From Deltaproteobacteria bacterium (lineage in GTDB: Bacteria; Myxococcota_A; Polyangia; Polyangiales; Houyiibacteriaceae), in NCBI GenBank assembly GCA_019313915.1, contig JAFDAJ010000002.1, positions 31,098 to 95,097 of the forward strand: a stretch of DNA of 64,000 bases, written 5' to 3'. Position 1 is the first letter of the stretch. Every line of letters starts with the position of its first letter. The position numbers and the translations under genes are program-made. Shown piece after piece: positions 17,679 to 26,480 of the stretch. A model generated the notes under the pieces. The model did not search any database and was not told where the DNA came from. It saw only the letters and a program-made list of their open reading frames with translations.

Positions 17679-18509
17679 CTAATTCGTCCAAGTATTCAAG
17701 TCGGTGATCACGCCCATCGAGACCAATCGTACATACACATCGGTGAACCCAACCCAGAAGAGGCTCGTCCATGCGAAGTTGGGGTGCCGCGCGTTGAGCC
17801 AGCTCACTCTCTTCCAGGCGCCGTATCGAACCGTCTTTTCGCCGCACGACATGCAGTCCATTCCGCCGCCAACCAGGTGGCGAAGCGCATGGCATCCGAA
17901 CGTGTATCCTGCGAGAAACGTTGCATTTAAGAAGAGCACGACGCTGCCGACGCCGATGCCGAACTCCCCATTGCGGAAGAGTGAAATGAAGGCGTCGTAG
18001 TAGAGAACGAAGATGTACGCGAGGGCAAAGTAGAGCGCGTATCGATGGAGATTCTGGAAGATCAACCACGCGGTTTCGCCCCTGTAGTTGCCGCTCGTAA
18101 CCGGGTTCACCGAGCACGCGGGGGGCGAGCCGGTGAACGCGCGGTAATACGCCTTGCGGTAGTAGTAACAGGTGAACCGAAAGACCCCCGGGAAGAAGAG
18201 AATGAGGAGCGCCGGTGATGCGGGCAGGAAATTCGGCCACCAACTGGGCCATGCACCGAGCCACGCGTGCGCCACCGGGGCCGCCCCTGCAGCGGACGGG
18301 TCGGTATAGAGTACCGGCGAATAGAGCGGGCTGAGGTACGGATTGGCGTAGTAGTTTTCGCCTTGGAACGCTGCCCAAGTGACGTAGATCGAAAAGCCGG
18401 TGAGCACCGCGACCGTCGCCAGGGGCGAGACCCACCAACGATCTTTTCGAGTCGTGGCGGCTGGTCCGTTAGGGTGGCCACCGAGTACAGTGAGTTGTCG
18501 AGTCGTCAT
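17679..18509 (-). CDS. sdhC: Succinate dehydrogenase cytochrome b membrane anchor (single large subunit)
   Basis: 276 aa, ~5 TM segments, candidate heme-ligand histidines (LHRYALYF, CHALRHL). Gene order C-A-B with one anchor subunit, as in type-B / Sdh1-like enzymes. Confidence 0.8.
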   Translation of the reverse strand: MTTRQLTVLGGHPNGPAATTRKDRWWVSPLATVAVLTGFSIYVTWAAFQGENYYANPYLSPLYSPVLYTDPSAAGAAPVAHAWLGAWPSWWPNFLPASPALLILFFPGVFRFTCYYYRKAYYRAFTGSPPACSVNPVTSGNYRGETAWLIFQNLHRYALYFALAYIFVLYYDAFISLFRNGEFGIGVGSVVLFLNATFLAGYTFGCHALRHLVGGGMDCMSCGEKTVRYGAWKRVSWLNARHPNFAWTSLFWVGFTDVYVRLVSMGVITDLNTWTN

Positions 18510-18573
18510 GGGCTCGGCGGACTATACCGAAAGCGCCGAGCGGCGAACAAGGATTTCCGGGGAGGGGTAGCCC

Positions 18574-19551
18574 ATGAAGACACTGGTGTTGACGCGGGCA
18601 GACGTCGAGCAAGTCTCCACGATGGAGCTTGCGGTGGCGGCTGTGGAGCGCGCTTTCGCCGGATTCGGACGCGGCGAAGCATCGATGCCGCCTAAGGTTT
18701 ACCTTCCGATCGAGGACCACGACGGCGACTTTCGAGCCATGCCTGCACGTCTCGGCAACTCTGCCGGGATCAAGTGGGTGAACGTTCATGCCCAGAATCG
18801 CAAGCGGTACGGACTGCCCACGGTCATGGCGGTCTACATCCTCAACGATCCGGCAAACGCCTTCCCGCTCGCGGTCATGGACGGCACGCTACTCACTGCA
18901 CTGCGCACCGGAGCAGCAGGCGCAGTCGCCTCGAAGTATCTTGCGAAGAGCGACGCAAAGACGGTCAGCTTCATCGGTTGCGGAGTCCAGGCCAACACAC
19001 TGCACGGTGCCCACCAGGTCATATTAGACGGGTTCGAGAGTCTCGCTTACGACCGGAACGTGGCGACAGCCCAACGCTTCGCAGACCGGGTGGGCGCACG
19101 CGTCGTGAGCTTGGAAGACGCAGCTCGAGCAGACATCGTGTGCACGGCGACCCCGTCCCGCACGCCCTTCGTGCAAGCCGAGTGGATCCGGTCCGGTGCG
19201 CACATCAACGCGATGGGCGCGGACGCCCCTGGCAAACAGGAGCTGAGCACCAAGACGCTAAACCGGGCGGCGGTGTACATCGACGACATCCACCAAGCCA
19301 CTGCAAGCGGCGAGATCAACGTTCCCCTCTCGACGGGCGACTTCAGCCTAGACGACATCGCTGGCACCTTGGGCGAGGTCGTGGCGGGAATTCTTCCGAG
19401 ACCGGACGAGGACGCGACCACCCTGTTCGACTCGACGGGCCTGGCGGTTCAAGACGTGTCGTTGGCGCGTGCGATCTACGAAACCGCGAAGTCCCAATCG
19501 ATCGGACGCGAGATCGATCTCGTCGGCATAGGCTCGCTGGGCAGCGCTTAG
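18574..19551 (+). CDS. Ornithine cyclodeaminase / mu-crystallin family protein
   Basis: 325 aa. Shows MPPKVYL, FRAMPA, Rossmann FIGCGVQA and C-terminal DSTGLAVQD, typical of the OCD/mu-crystallin family. Confidence 0.8.
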   Translation: MKTLVLTRADVEQVSTMELAVAAVERAFAGFGRGEASMPPKVYLPIEDHDGDFRAMPARLGNSAGIKWVNVHAQNRKRYGLPTVMAVYILNDPANAFPLAVMDGTLLTALRTGAAGAVASKYLAKSDAKTVSFIGCGVQANTLHGAHQVILDGFESLAYDRNVATAQRFADRVGARVVSLEDAARADIVCTATPSRTPFVQAEWIRSGAHINAMGADAPGKQELSTKTLNRAAVYIDDIHQATASGEINVPLSTGDFSLDDIAGTLGEVVAGILPRPDEDATTLFDSTGLAVQDVSLARAIYETAKSQSIGREIDLVGIGSLGSA

Positions 19552-19918
19552 GTCAAGCGCGGGAGCGGGTCGCGAAGCGAAAACGTGCGATCGCTGAACT
19601 CGACCTGCTCGAGGCCGAATGAGCGCCGTGCGGTCATGCCCATAGCGTGCATCAAGCTGACGTGAACTCGTTCATGTGCAAGTCCGGCTTCGAACCGGCC
19701 AACGTCGCACGGCCCAAGCGACGATGCGTCGTTTTCGAAGGAGCCTTCCAGCACGGCGTCGCTGGGCTGCTCTGGGAGCGCTGGAACGTCGCCTCCCAGG
19801 AGATCACGCACCGTGTTGTCGTACTCGGAATTTGTGAGGCGTCACACGCTGCCAAGAGCGTTAACGCACCCGCGAAAGCAAGCTGCCGACATGTATTAAG
19901 CGTCCCCCAACGGCCCAT
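19548..19918 (-). pseudogene. Possible frame-split small lipoprotein gene (signal peptide and body lie in different frames)
   Basis: ORF 19652..19918 starts MGRWGTLNTCRQLAFAGALTLLAAC (good lipobox) but continues as junk-like S/T/R/W/C-rich sequence. The -1 frame opens exactly at the Cys codon. It reads RLTNSEYDNTVRDLLGGDVPALPEQPSDAVLEGSFENDASSLGPCDV... through to 19548 (ORF 19548..19811). Confidence 0.3.
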
Positions 19919-20034
19919 ACGGGATCATTATTGCGACAGATCCTCGCTTTTCGCCAGCCCGCAGGGGTTAACTAGTGTAGTGAAAATGACCGCAAAGCCT
20001 GGTTTTTTCACCCGCTTAGGGCAAAAGTAAAACA

Positions 20035-21123
20035 TTGTCGCACGGATGTGCAGCACGTTTTGGGGGGTCCTTTCGTCCTAAAATGTGGGTTTGGAGGGGC
20101 CCGGCAGATACGCTCTCGCCAGTGCTGCGTATCGCTCCGACAGTGCTTCTGGTCGCGCTGCTCTGGCCCCTGCTCAGCTCCTCTCAAGCGGAGCCCGCAG
20201 CGTTCTTCGGACAACCCGACGCCCATCGAATCGAGGCCTTGCGGACTTCGGAGATCGCCAAGGTGAAGAAGGGAAAGGGCGGCCGGAGCCTCGCCTTTCG
20301 GATCACGCTCGCGGATGGAACACGGGGCTATTTCAAACCCAAGCAAACCTTCTCGGCAGCCCATTGGTACTCCGAGGTAGCCGCTTACTACTTGGACCGC
20401 GAGCTCGGGTTGGGCCGGGTGCCACCGACGACTGGCCGCACGTTTGCATGGAGCGAGCTCCGAGCTGCGGCTGGCGACGACGACCGGGTGTCCGAGCTGG
20501 GAGTGGCGCCGGACGGCACCGTGAAAGGGGCGTTCATCTGGTGGATCCCCGAGTCATTGAAACGCGTTCGCATGGGACGGAAGTGGGAGCGTTGGGTGCG
20601 GGTTCAGAAGTCACTCCCGATTACGCCCTACCAACGGCCGGTGGACTATCGCGCCGACCTCAATCGGCGCCCCGGCATTCGCGAAGCCACCGACCCCAGC
20701 CGGGCTATCGCGAAGGAACCGGACATCGAGGGGAGGCCAGCCGAGCTATCCGACTTAATCATCTTCGACTACCTCACACAGAACGTCGACCGATGGGGTG
20801 GAGACTTCACCAACGTGCGTTCCCGCGGAGCAGGCGGACCGTTGATCTACTTGGACAACGGGGCTGGGTTCTGGCTTGGGGAACAGCGCTTGGGCTTGAT
20901 GGAGGCCCGGCTGAAGGCGCTTCAGCGATTCCGGCGATCGACGGTCGAGGCAGTTCGAAAGCTCGATATAGAACACTTTTCGTCCCGATTGCAGGGAGAT
21001 CCGCTCGCTCCCGTCTTGAACGAAAAGCAACTGGCTGGCCTCGATCAGCGCCGCCTCGCGGTCTTGCAGCACGTGGACGCGATGGTCGCGCGCTTCGGTG
21101 AGACCCGCGTCCTAGCGTGGTAG
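20035..21123 (+). CDS. Secreted Fam20/Four-jointed-like (protein-kinase-like fold) protein
   Basis: 362 aa (alternative ATG at 20083). Signal-like LRIAPTVLLVALLWPLLSSSQAEP. Blocks GYFKPKQ, HWYSEVAAYYLDRELGLGRVPPTTGR, IIFDYLTQNVDRWGG and LIYLDNGAGF resemble Fam20C hallmark blocks recalled from memory. Confidence 0.55.
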   Translation: MSHGCAARFGGSFRPKMWVWRGPADTLSPVLRIAPTVLLVALLWPLLSSSQAEPAAFFGQPDAHRIEALRTSEIAKVKKGKGGRSLAFRITLADGTRGYFKPKQTFSAAHWYSEVAAYYLDRELGLGRVPPTTGRTFAWSELRAAAGDDDRVSELGVAPDGTVKGAFIWWIPESLKRVRMGRKWERWVRVQKSLPITPYQRPVDYRADLNRRPGIREATDPSRAIAKEPDIEGRPAELSDLIIFDYLTQNVDRWGGDFTNVRSRGAGGPLIYLDNGAGFWLGEQRLGLMEARLKALQRFRRSTVEAVRKLDIEHFSSRLQGDPLAPVLNEKQLAGLDQRRLAVLQHVDAMVARFGETRVLAW

Positions 21124-21132
21124 GTTTCGCAA

Positions 21133-22131
21133 GTGAACGAACGACTTCGGCTTCCGGCGGAATGGGAGCCGCACAGCGCCTGCTGGCTCGCGTTTCCCTA
21201 CTTGCGGGAAGAGTGGCCGTTCAACCTTCCCGACGCGCAGCGTTCGATCGCTGCGCTGTCCCGCACCATCGCGGAAGTGGGCAACGAACCGGTGCAGCTC
21301 CTCGTGAAGAACGACGAGGTTGAAGAGCGTGCGCGTTCCTTGATCGGTGAGGTCTCCAACGTTCGATACGTGACGGCAGACTACGGTGACTGCTGGGTGC
21401 GCGACACAGCAGCAATGCTCGGGCACACGACAGATGGGGCGCTTGGTGGATTGTGTTTCGGGTTCAATGGCTGGGGCGGCAAATACCCGATCGCCTTCGA
21501 CGACACCGTGAGCGAGTGGCTAACGCATCGAATCGACGCCAGGCGATTCGAGTGTCCCGTCATCCTGGAGGGAGGTGCGCTCGAACCAGACGGCCAGGGA
21601 ACGTTCCTGACCACCACCTCTTGCGTCCTGAACGACAATCGAAATCCGGGGCTGACCCGCGAAGCCTTCGAGGAGGCGTTGAAAGCACTGATCTGCATGG
21701 ACCGCTTGGTTTGGCTCGACCGTGGACTGGCGCACGATCACACCGACGGGCACATCGACATGGTCGCCCGTTTTGTAGCGCCGAATACCGTGCTCTGCAT
21801 GAAGGCAACCGCCGGGGCGCCCAACGCGGCGGTCCTCGACTCCATCGAGCGAACGCTGCGCGCGAGTGGCCTGACCGTGCTCGAGCTCCCTGCGCCCTCG
21901 GCGATCTCGGCGCCCGACGGCGCGCCGCTACCGGCGAGCTACTGCAACTTTTACATCGCCAACGAGGCAGTGATCGTCCCCACGTATGGCATCCCCGAAG
22001 ACCAAACGGCCCTCGGCGAGCTCGCGAATGCGTTTCCCGGCCGCGAGGTGATCGGCTTGCCGGCTGCAGACCTGCTATGGGGAGGCGGAGCCTTTCACTG
22101 CGTCACCCAAGCTCAGCCCACCGCGCCATGA
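21133..22131 (+). CDS. aguA: Agmatine deiminase
   Basis: 332 aa, GTG start. Motifs LPAEWEPH, DCWVRD, TDGHIDM and C-terminal GGGAFHCVTQAQP (catalytic Cys). Confidence 0.9.
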   Translation: MNERLRLPAEWEPHSACWLAFPYLREEWPFNLPDAQRSIAALSRTIAEVGNEPVQLLVKNDEVEERARSLIGEVSNVRYVTADYGDCWVRDTAAMLGHTTDGALGGLCFGFNGWGGKYPIAFDDTVSEWLTHRIDARRFECPVILEGGALEPDGQGTFLTTTSCVLNDNRNPGLTREAFEEALKALICMDRLVWLDRGLAHDHTDGHIDMVARFVAPNTVLCMKATAGAPNAAVLDSIERTLRASGLTVLELPAPSAISAPDGAPLPASYCNFYIANEAVIVPTYGIPEDQTALGELANAFPGREVIGLPAADLLWGGGAFHCVTQAQPTAP

Positions 22132-22991
22132 CCTCCTCTTCATTGTCGATCGGCATCGTGCAGTGCGCCCTCGGTGGCACGCGCGACGAGAACGTTTCGC
22201 GTGTGGAAACATTGATCCGTGAAGCTGCGAATCGTGGCGCGCAGATCGTCCTCACCCCGGAGCTCTTCGAGGGGCCGTACTTTCCTCAGACCGAAGACGA
22301 GCGCGCATTCGACTTGGCGGCTCCGCTCGACGGTCATCCCACGGTCGCGCGGATGCGAGCGCTCGCCGCCAATCTCGGGGTCGTCCTCCCGATCTCGTTC
22401 TTCGAACGGGCCGGCCAGGGTTACTACAACAGCCTCGTGACGATCGATGCCGATGGCACTCCGCTCGGCGTCTACCGAAAGAGCCACATCCCCGATGGCC
22501 CAGGGTACGAGGAGAAGTTCTACTTTCGACCGGGGGACACGGGCTTCAAGGTCTGGAAGACGGGCCACGGAAGCGTCGGAGTAGGCATTTGCTGGGACCA
22601 ATGGTTCCCGGAAGCGGCGCGGAGCATGGCGCTCCAAGGGGCCGAGGTCTTGCTCTACCCAACCGCGATCGGCACGGAGCCGGACGCGCCGGACGACGAC
22701 ACCAGGAAGCCTTGGCAGCGCGTCATGATCGGGCACGCCGTAGCCAACGCAATGCCGGTCGCGGCGGCCAACCGCATCGGCACCGAAGGCGGGCTGACAT
22801 TCTATGGTAGCTCGTTCGTTTGTGATGAACGCGGCGACATGACGGTCGAGCTCGATCAAGAAGAGGAAGGCGTGGCTATCGCCGTGTTCGACCGCGAGGC
22901 GCTGCGCCGGTACCGCGCAAACTGGGGCTTCTTCCGCGATAGGCGCCCGGAGCTCTACGGTAGGCTGACAGGAGACGAGCCCGTTGATTGA
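22128..22991 (+). CDS. aguB: N-carbamoylputrescine amidase (nitrilase superfamily)
   Basis: In-frame part of ORF 21453..22991; ATG 22128 overlaps the aguA stop (ATGA). 287 aa. E-K-C triad context: PELFEGPYF, YRKSHIP, GICWDQWFPE. Classic partner of aguA. Confidence 0.9.
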   Translation: MTSSSLSIGIVQCALGGTRDENVSRVETLIREAANRGAQIVLTPELFEGPYFPQTEDERAFDLAAPLDGHPTVARMRALAANLGVVLPISFFERAGQGYYNSLVTIDADGTPLGVYRKSHIPDGPGYEEKFYFRPGDTGFKVWKTGHGSVGVGICWDQWFPEAARSMALQGAEVLLYPTAIGTEPDAPDDDTRKPWQRVMIGHAVANAMPVAAANRIGTEGGLTFYGSSFVCDERGDMTVELDQEEEGVAIAVFDREALRRYRANWGFFRDRRPELYGRLTGDEPVD

Positions 22992-23559
22992 TTCGCTCTA
23001 CGCGATCATCGATGCGGAGGTGGCAGACCACCCATTGGCACTGACCTTCCAAGCCCTGAACGCGGGCTGTGCCATCGTGCAGCTTCGCGCCAAGCGCCTC
23101 GACGACGTGGCGTTCCTCGAGATTGCCAAGCGCGTTCGTTCCGCATGCGCCCACGCCAAGGTTCCGTTCGTCGTCAACGATCGGGCGGACATCGCGCGCC
23201 TCGTTGGCGCCGACGGCTTGCACCTCGGGCAGGACGACCTCTGCATCGAAGATGCCCGTCGAGTCGTCGGCGACATGCAGATCGGCGTTTCGACGCACAC
23301 CCTCGAACAGGCTGCAGCGGCAGACGCCGAAGGCGCGGACCTCATCGCGTTTGGCCCTGTGTTCGAAACCAGAACCAAAGAGAACCCCGACCCCGTCGTA
23401 GGGCTCCAAACCCTCGAAGCGGTGTGCCAGGCGGTGTCTCACCCGGTGGTCGCAATCGGAGGAATTACCCCTGAAAACGCGAGTGAACCACTCCGGGCCG
23501 GCGCGCGCTACATTGCCGTGATCTCGGCTCTTCCGCGCTTCCTCGCGGATGCTTCTTAG
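22984..23559 (+). CDS. thiE: Thiamine-phosphate synthase
   Basis: 191 aa; TTG start overlaps aguB by 8 nt. Motifs LYAIID, VQLRAK, VNDRADIA, GADGLHLGQDD, IAFGPVF, VVAIGGI. Confidence 0.88.
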   Translation: MIDSLYAIIDAEVADHPLALTFQALNAGCAIVQLRAKRLDDVAFLEIAKRVRSACAHAKVPFVVNDRADIARLVGADGLHLGQDDLCIEDARRVVGDMQIGVSTHTLEQAAAADAEGADLIAFGPVFETRTKENPDPVVGLQTLEAVCQAVSHPVVAIGGITPENASEPLRAGARYIAVISALPRFLADAS

Positions 23560-23563
23560 CGCG

Positions 23564-24319
23564 CTAGCGTGCTTCTTCGAAGTGCTGGATCGCGGTTTCG
23601 ATCGCCGCGCCGAGTGCCTGGTTCACCAGCGTCGCAGTTGCGTCTTCCCCGCTTCGAAGCGCCTCGTAATAGCGCTGCCGTTCGGTCGCGTGGATGACTA
23701 CCGGCGGATAACCCGCGCGCATGAGGATGAGGTTCATCACCAGACGCGCCACCTTTCCGCTGTGTCGCGGGAACGGATAGATGTGCAGCAGCTGGTGGTG
23801 CACCCTGCTCGCGACGCGCACCGGATGCATCGTCTTCTTGGTCTCGGGGTCCGAGAGCCATTGAACGAGCTGACGCATGCGGTAGCTGATCTTGTCGGGC
23901 TGAGAAATCTCGTGAAAGTAAAGCCGGTGAAGCGGCATGTCCTTGCGGTACTTCGGAGGGCTCTTCCCTTCGAGCTCCTCAGGCGCGAGCTGGGCGAATA
24001 GCTTCTTGATCACGTCGAGGTTGAGGGTGAACCGTCGGCGCGAGGACATCTCACGAATCATCTCGATCGCGCCCATGTGATTCCGAACCTCGTCATAGAC
24101 GGGAATGAGGGAGGGATCGGTAACGACCTCGTCGTAGATGGCAGCCCTGAGCTCGTCCATCGAGTAGACGACACCCTCGAGCGCACTATCGTGATAGATC
24201 CACGCGATGTCGAAGCGCTCTTGATACTCTTGGCGCACCTGTGGGCTCGCCGAATCCAACAGCTCCTGAAGCTGGGCCACTCGCTCTTCTAAGCTTGGAC
24301 CTTGAAGCGCTTGAACCAA
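23564..24319 (-). CDS. Fic/DOC family protein with a degenerate active-site motif
   Basis: 251 aa. The Fic core region reads VHHQLLHIYPFPRHSGKVARLVMNLIL, where canonical Fic has HPFx[DE]GNGRxxR. The N-terminal DSALEG resembles the inhibitory [ST]xxxE[GN] helix motif. Confidence 0.7.
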   Translation of the reverse strand: MVQALQGPSLEERVAQLQELLDSASPQVRQEYQERFDIAWIYHDSALEGVVYSMDELRAAIYDEVVTDPSLIPVYDEVRNHMGAIEMIREMSSRRRFTLNLDVIKKLFAQLAPEELEGKSPPKYRKDMPLHRLYFHEISQPDKISYRMRQLVQWLSDPETKKTMHPVRVASRVHHQLLHIYPFPRHSGKVARLVMNLILMRAGYPPVVIHATERQRYYEALRSGEDATATLVNQALGAAIETAIQHFEEAR

Positions 24320-24417
24320 GGAATCTCCTCCAGCCTCGGGGGACCTACATCATCAGCCCCGCGCGGCCGGCGAAACTAACAGCGTGGCACGAGCCCGTCA
24401 ACCATGACCGATTTCGG

Positions 24418-24969
24418 CTAGTTAAGGGCTTCAGAAATGGCCCCTCGGAGCCGCATCTTGCTGGGAACCCCGGTGGAAGCCCACCGAACCAGACCGTCCT
24501 GGCCCACGATGATGACGGTCGGAAGCATCTGGATGGAGTATCGCCTCTGAACCGTCCCGGTGCGGTCATGGAGAGTTGGGAACTCGGACCCGAAAGCCGC
24601 GTGGGCGGCCTGCAGGCGCTGCCGGTCGATCGGCTCGACGTTCACCGCGTAGAACGCGACACCCTGCTCGGCAAACTCCTGGTGGAGGTCGTTGAGGATC
24701 GGTGTCGTCCGGCGGCACGCGCCACACCAACTCGCCCAGAAATCGAGGACCACCACCTGCCCCGCCATCTCTGAGAGCGCGACCTTCGTCGGCCCTCCGG
24801 GCTCGGCCCCCGCCGCAATGCTGAGGGTCAAGTCGGGCGCGCGTTGGCCCATCAGCGGAGATGCGTTGCCGCGAGTCATCCACGCGTAGAGCGCCACGAA
24901 TACCATCGCCGTCACCAACCAATGAATCCACGCGCGTGGCCTGGCGATTACAGCCTCAGACTCGGTCAT
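24418..24969 (-). CDS. Membrane-anchored thiol:disulfide oxidoreductase (TlpA/ResA-like)
   Basis: In-frame part of ORF 24418..25338; ATG 24969 overlaps the kinase stop by 4 nt. 183 aa. TM anchor WIHWLVTAMVFVALYAW and thioredoxin motif VVVLDFWASWCGACRR. Confidence 0.85.
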   Translation of the reverse strand: MTESEAVIARPRAWIHWLVTAMVFVALYAWMTRGNASPLMGQRAPDLTLSIAAGAEPGGPTKVALSEMAGQVVVLDFWASWCGACRRTTPILNDLHQEFAEQGVAFYAVNVEPIDRQRLQAAHAAFGSEFPTLHDRTGTVQRRYSIQMLPTVIIVGQDGLVRWASTGVPSKMRLRGAISEALN

Positions 24970-26480
24970 GGTGAGTCCATCAACGGAAGCTCGATGCTGA
25001 ACCGTGCCCCGCCTTCGGGCGCGCGATCGAGCCGAACCTGTCCGCCGTGCTCCAAGACCACTTTCTTCACGATCGCCAAGCCCAAGCCAGTGCCCTCCGT
25101 TTTGGTCGTGTAGTAGGGGTCGAAGACGCGATCCCAGTTTTCTCGGGAGATGCCGGGGCCATTGTCTCGGACCTCGATGACGCCGGAAGCCTCCGTCCGA
25201 TACGCCCGCACCAAGACCTCGCCGCCACCCGACGGGTGCGCCTCGTACACCGATTGAATCGCGTTTCGCAAAAGATTGTCGACACCACGCTTGAGCATCA
25301 TAGGGTCCATACGCACGCGGATGGGTTCCGTTGCACAAGTCACGCGTACTTCCACGGGAGCCGGGGTGCCGCGGCCCACGTCTTCGAGAATGGCAGGCAC
25401 CGCATCCTGAATGCCGTGCGCGAGGTCACAAAGGTCGGACGGAGAGAGATCGGCGCGCGGAAGCTTAGCAAAAGAGCTGAATTCGCCCACCAGGCGACGC
25501 AAGGTCGCGACCTCTTCCTCGATGATCGCGCGGGCATGCTCCAGCTTCTTCCGGTAGGCCTCATTTTCTCCATCGTACGTCTCGTCCAGCTCCTGAGCGG
25601 CGAGCTGGATCGGCGTGAGCGGGTTCTTGATCTCGTGGGCGAGCCGGCGCGCGAAGTCCTGCCAAGCGCTGATGCGCTGCATATACTCGATCCGCGCGCG
25701 CGAATCGCGCAAGTCGCGGACCATGTCGTTGAAGGCCTGTGTGAGCTCCGTGACCTCATCATTCGATCCGGTAGGCAGCGTCACGGTGAGGTCACCCGCA
25801 CCAACTTGACGAGAGGCTTCCGCCAGTGCGGTGACCCGGCGGGTCACGCGGCGCGACACGATCGCGCCGATCAAGAATGCAACCACGATCACGAGGAACG
25901 CCATGATGCCGAAGACCCATACATAAATGTCGGATACCGACGCGCTTTGACGCTGGAGTCGCGAGTACACGTCGGCCACTTCACCGGCGTCTTGCAGACG
26001 CTCGAAGTACGCCTCGGGAACGGCCACCTCGACCGCGACCCGCAGCTTCATTCCCCCTGCGTCGACGTCCCGATCGCGAGTCGTGGTCCGCATCACGGCG
26101 CCGGACGGATCAGGTTCACGAGATACGCGCGCGATCTCTGCGTTGGCTTCGTCGGTGACGCGAATGCCCCGCACCAGGTCGTACCGTTGTAAGAGCTCCT
26201 GCAGCCGCCCCTCGATTCTCGACGTGTTGCGACGCGCGGTAACCTCGGCAGCGACCGCCCACTCGACAGCGTCCGCGACTTGCTCCGACCCTGACCGAAG
26301 CGCCATGATCTGCCCGCGGCGAGCCTCCACGCCACGAACCAACTCCGCACCGAACCGTTCGTTCACGCCGACGCGATACACCTCCCGCACCGCCCCCCCA
26401 GCCAGAAAAATGCTGCCCCCGAGGGTGAGAAACACCGACAGACCGATCGCGAATAGGATCTTTCGCTCGAATCGGCTCAT
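24966..26480 (-). CDS. Sensor histidine kinase (2 TM, periplasmic domain, HAMP, HisKA, HATPase; NtrY-like)
   Basis: 504 aa. TM1 ILFAIGLSVFLTLGGSIFLAG, a ~170-aa periplasmic part, TM2 plus HAMP (VGAGDLTVTLPTGSNDEVTELTQAFNDMV). H-box LAHEIKNPLTPIQL; N/G boxes LLRNAIQS, DNGPGI, GTGLGLAIV. Confidence 0.9.
   Translation of the reverse strand: MSRFERKILFAIGLSVFLTLGGSIFLAGGAVREVYRVGVNERFGAELVRGVEARRGQIMALRSGSEQVADAVEWAVAAEVTARRNTSRIEGRLQELLQRYDLVRGIRVTDEANAEIARVSREPDPSGAVMRTTTRDRDVDAGGMKLRVAVEVAVPEAYFERLQDAGEVADVYSRLQRQSASVSDIYVWVFGIMAFLVIVVAFLIGAIVSRRVTRRVTALAEASRQVGAGDLTVTLPTGSNDEVTELTQAFNDMVRDLRDSRARIEYMQRISAWQDFARRLAHEIKNPLTPIQLAAQELDETYDGENEAYRKKLEHARAIIEEEVATLRRLVGEFSSFAKLPRADLSPSDLCDLAHGIQDAVPAILEDVGRGTPAPVEVRVTCATEPIRVRMDPMMLKRGVDNLLRNAIQSVYEAHPSGGGEVLVRAYRTEASGVIEVRDNGPGISRENWDRVFDPYYTTKTEGTGLGLAIVKKVVLEHGGQVRLDRAPEGGARFSIELPLMDSP

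Noticed and set aside
20085-21101. 338-aa ORF in an alternative plus-strand frame of the Fam20-like gene
   Set aside because: The translation is extremely Arg/Gly/Pro/Ser-rich. The other frame (20035..21123) carries ordered motifs and a signal peptide.
21453-22127. 225-codon N-terminal extension of the aguB ORF (ORF 21453..22991)
   Set aside because: It overlaps aguA in another frame and has a junk composition. The ATG at 22128 overlaps the aguA stop (ATGA) and yields a normal-length CN hydrolase.
22900-22990. TPP riboswitch upstream of thiE
   Set aside because: thiE overlaps aguB by 8 nt, so there is no untranslated leader, and no THI-box-like sequence was seen.
25047-26192. 381-aa plus-strand ORF inside the histidine-kinase locus
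   Set aside because: It is antisense to a kinase with complete HAMP/HisKA/HATPase motifs, and no motifs of its own were recognised.
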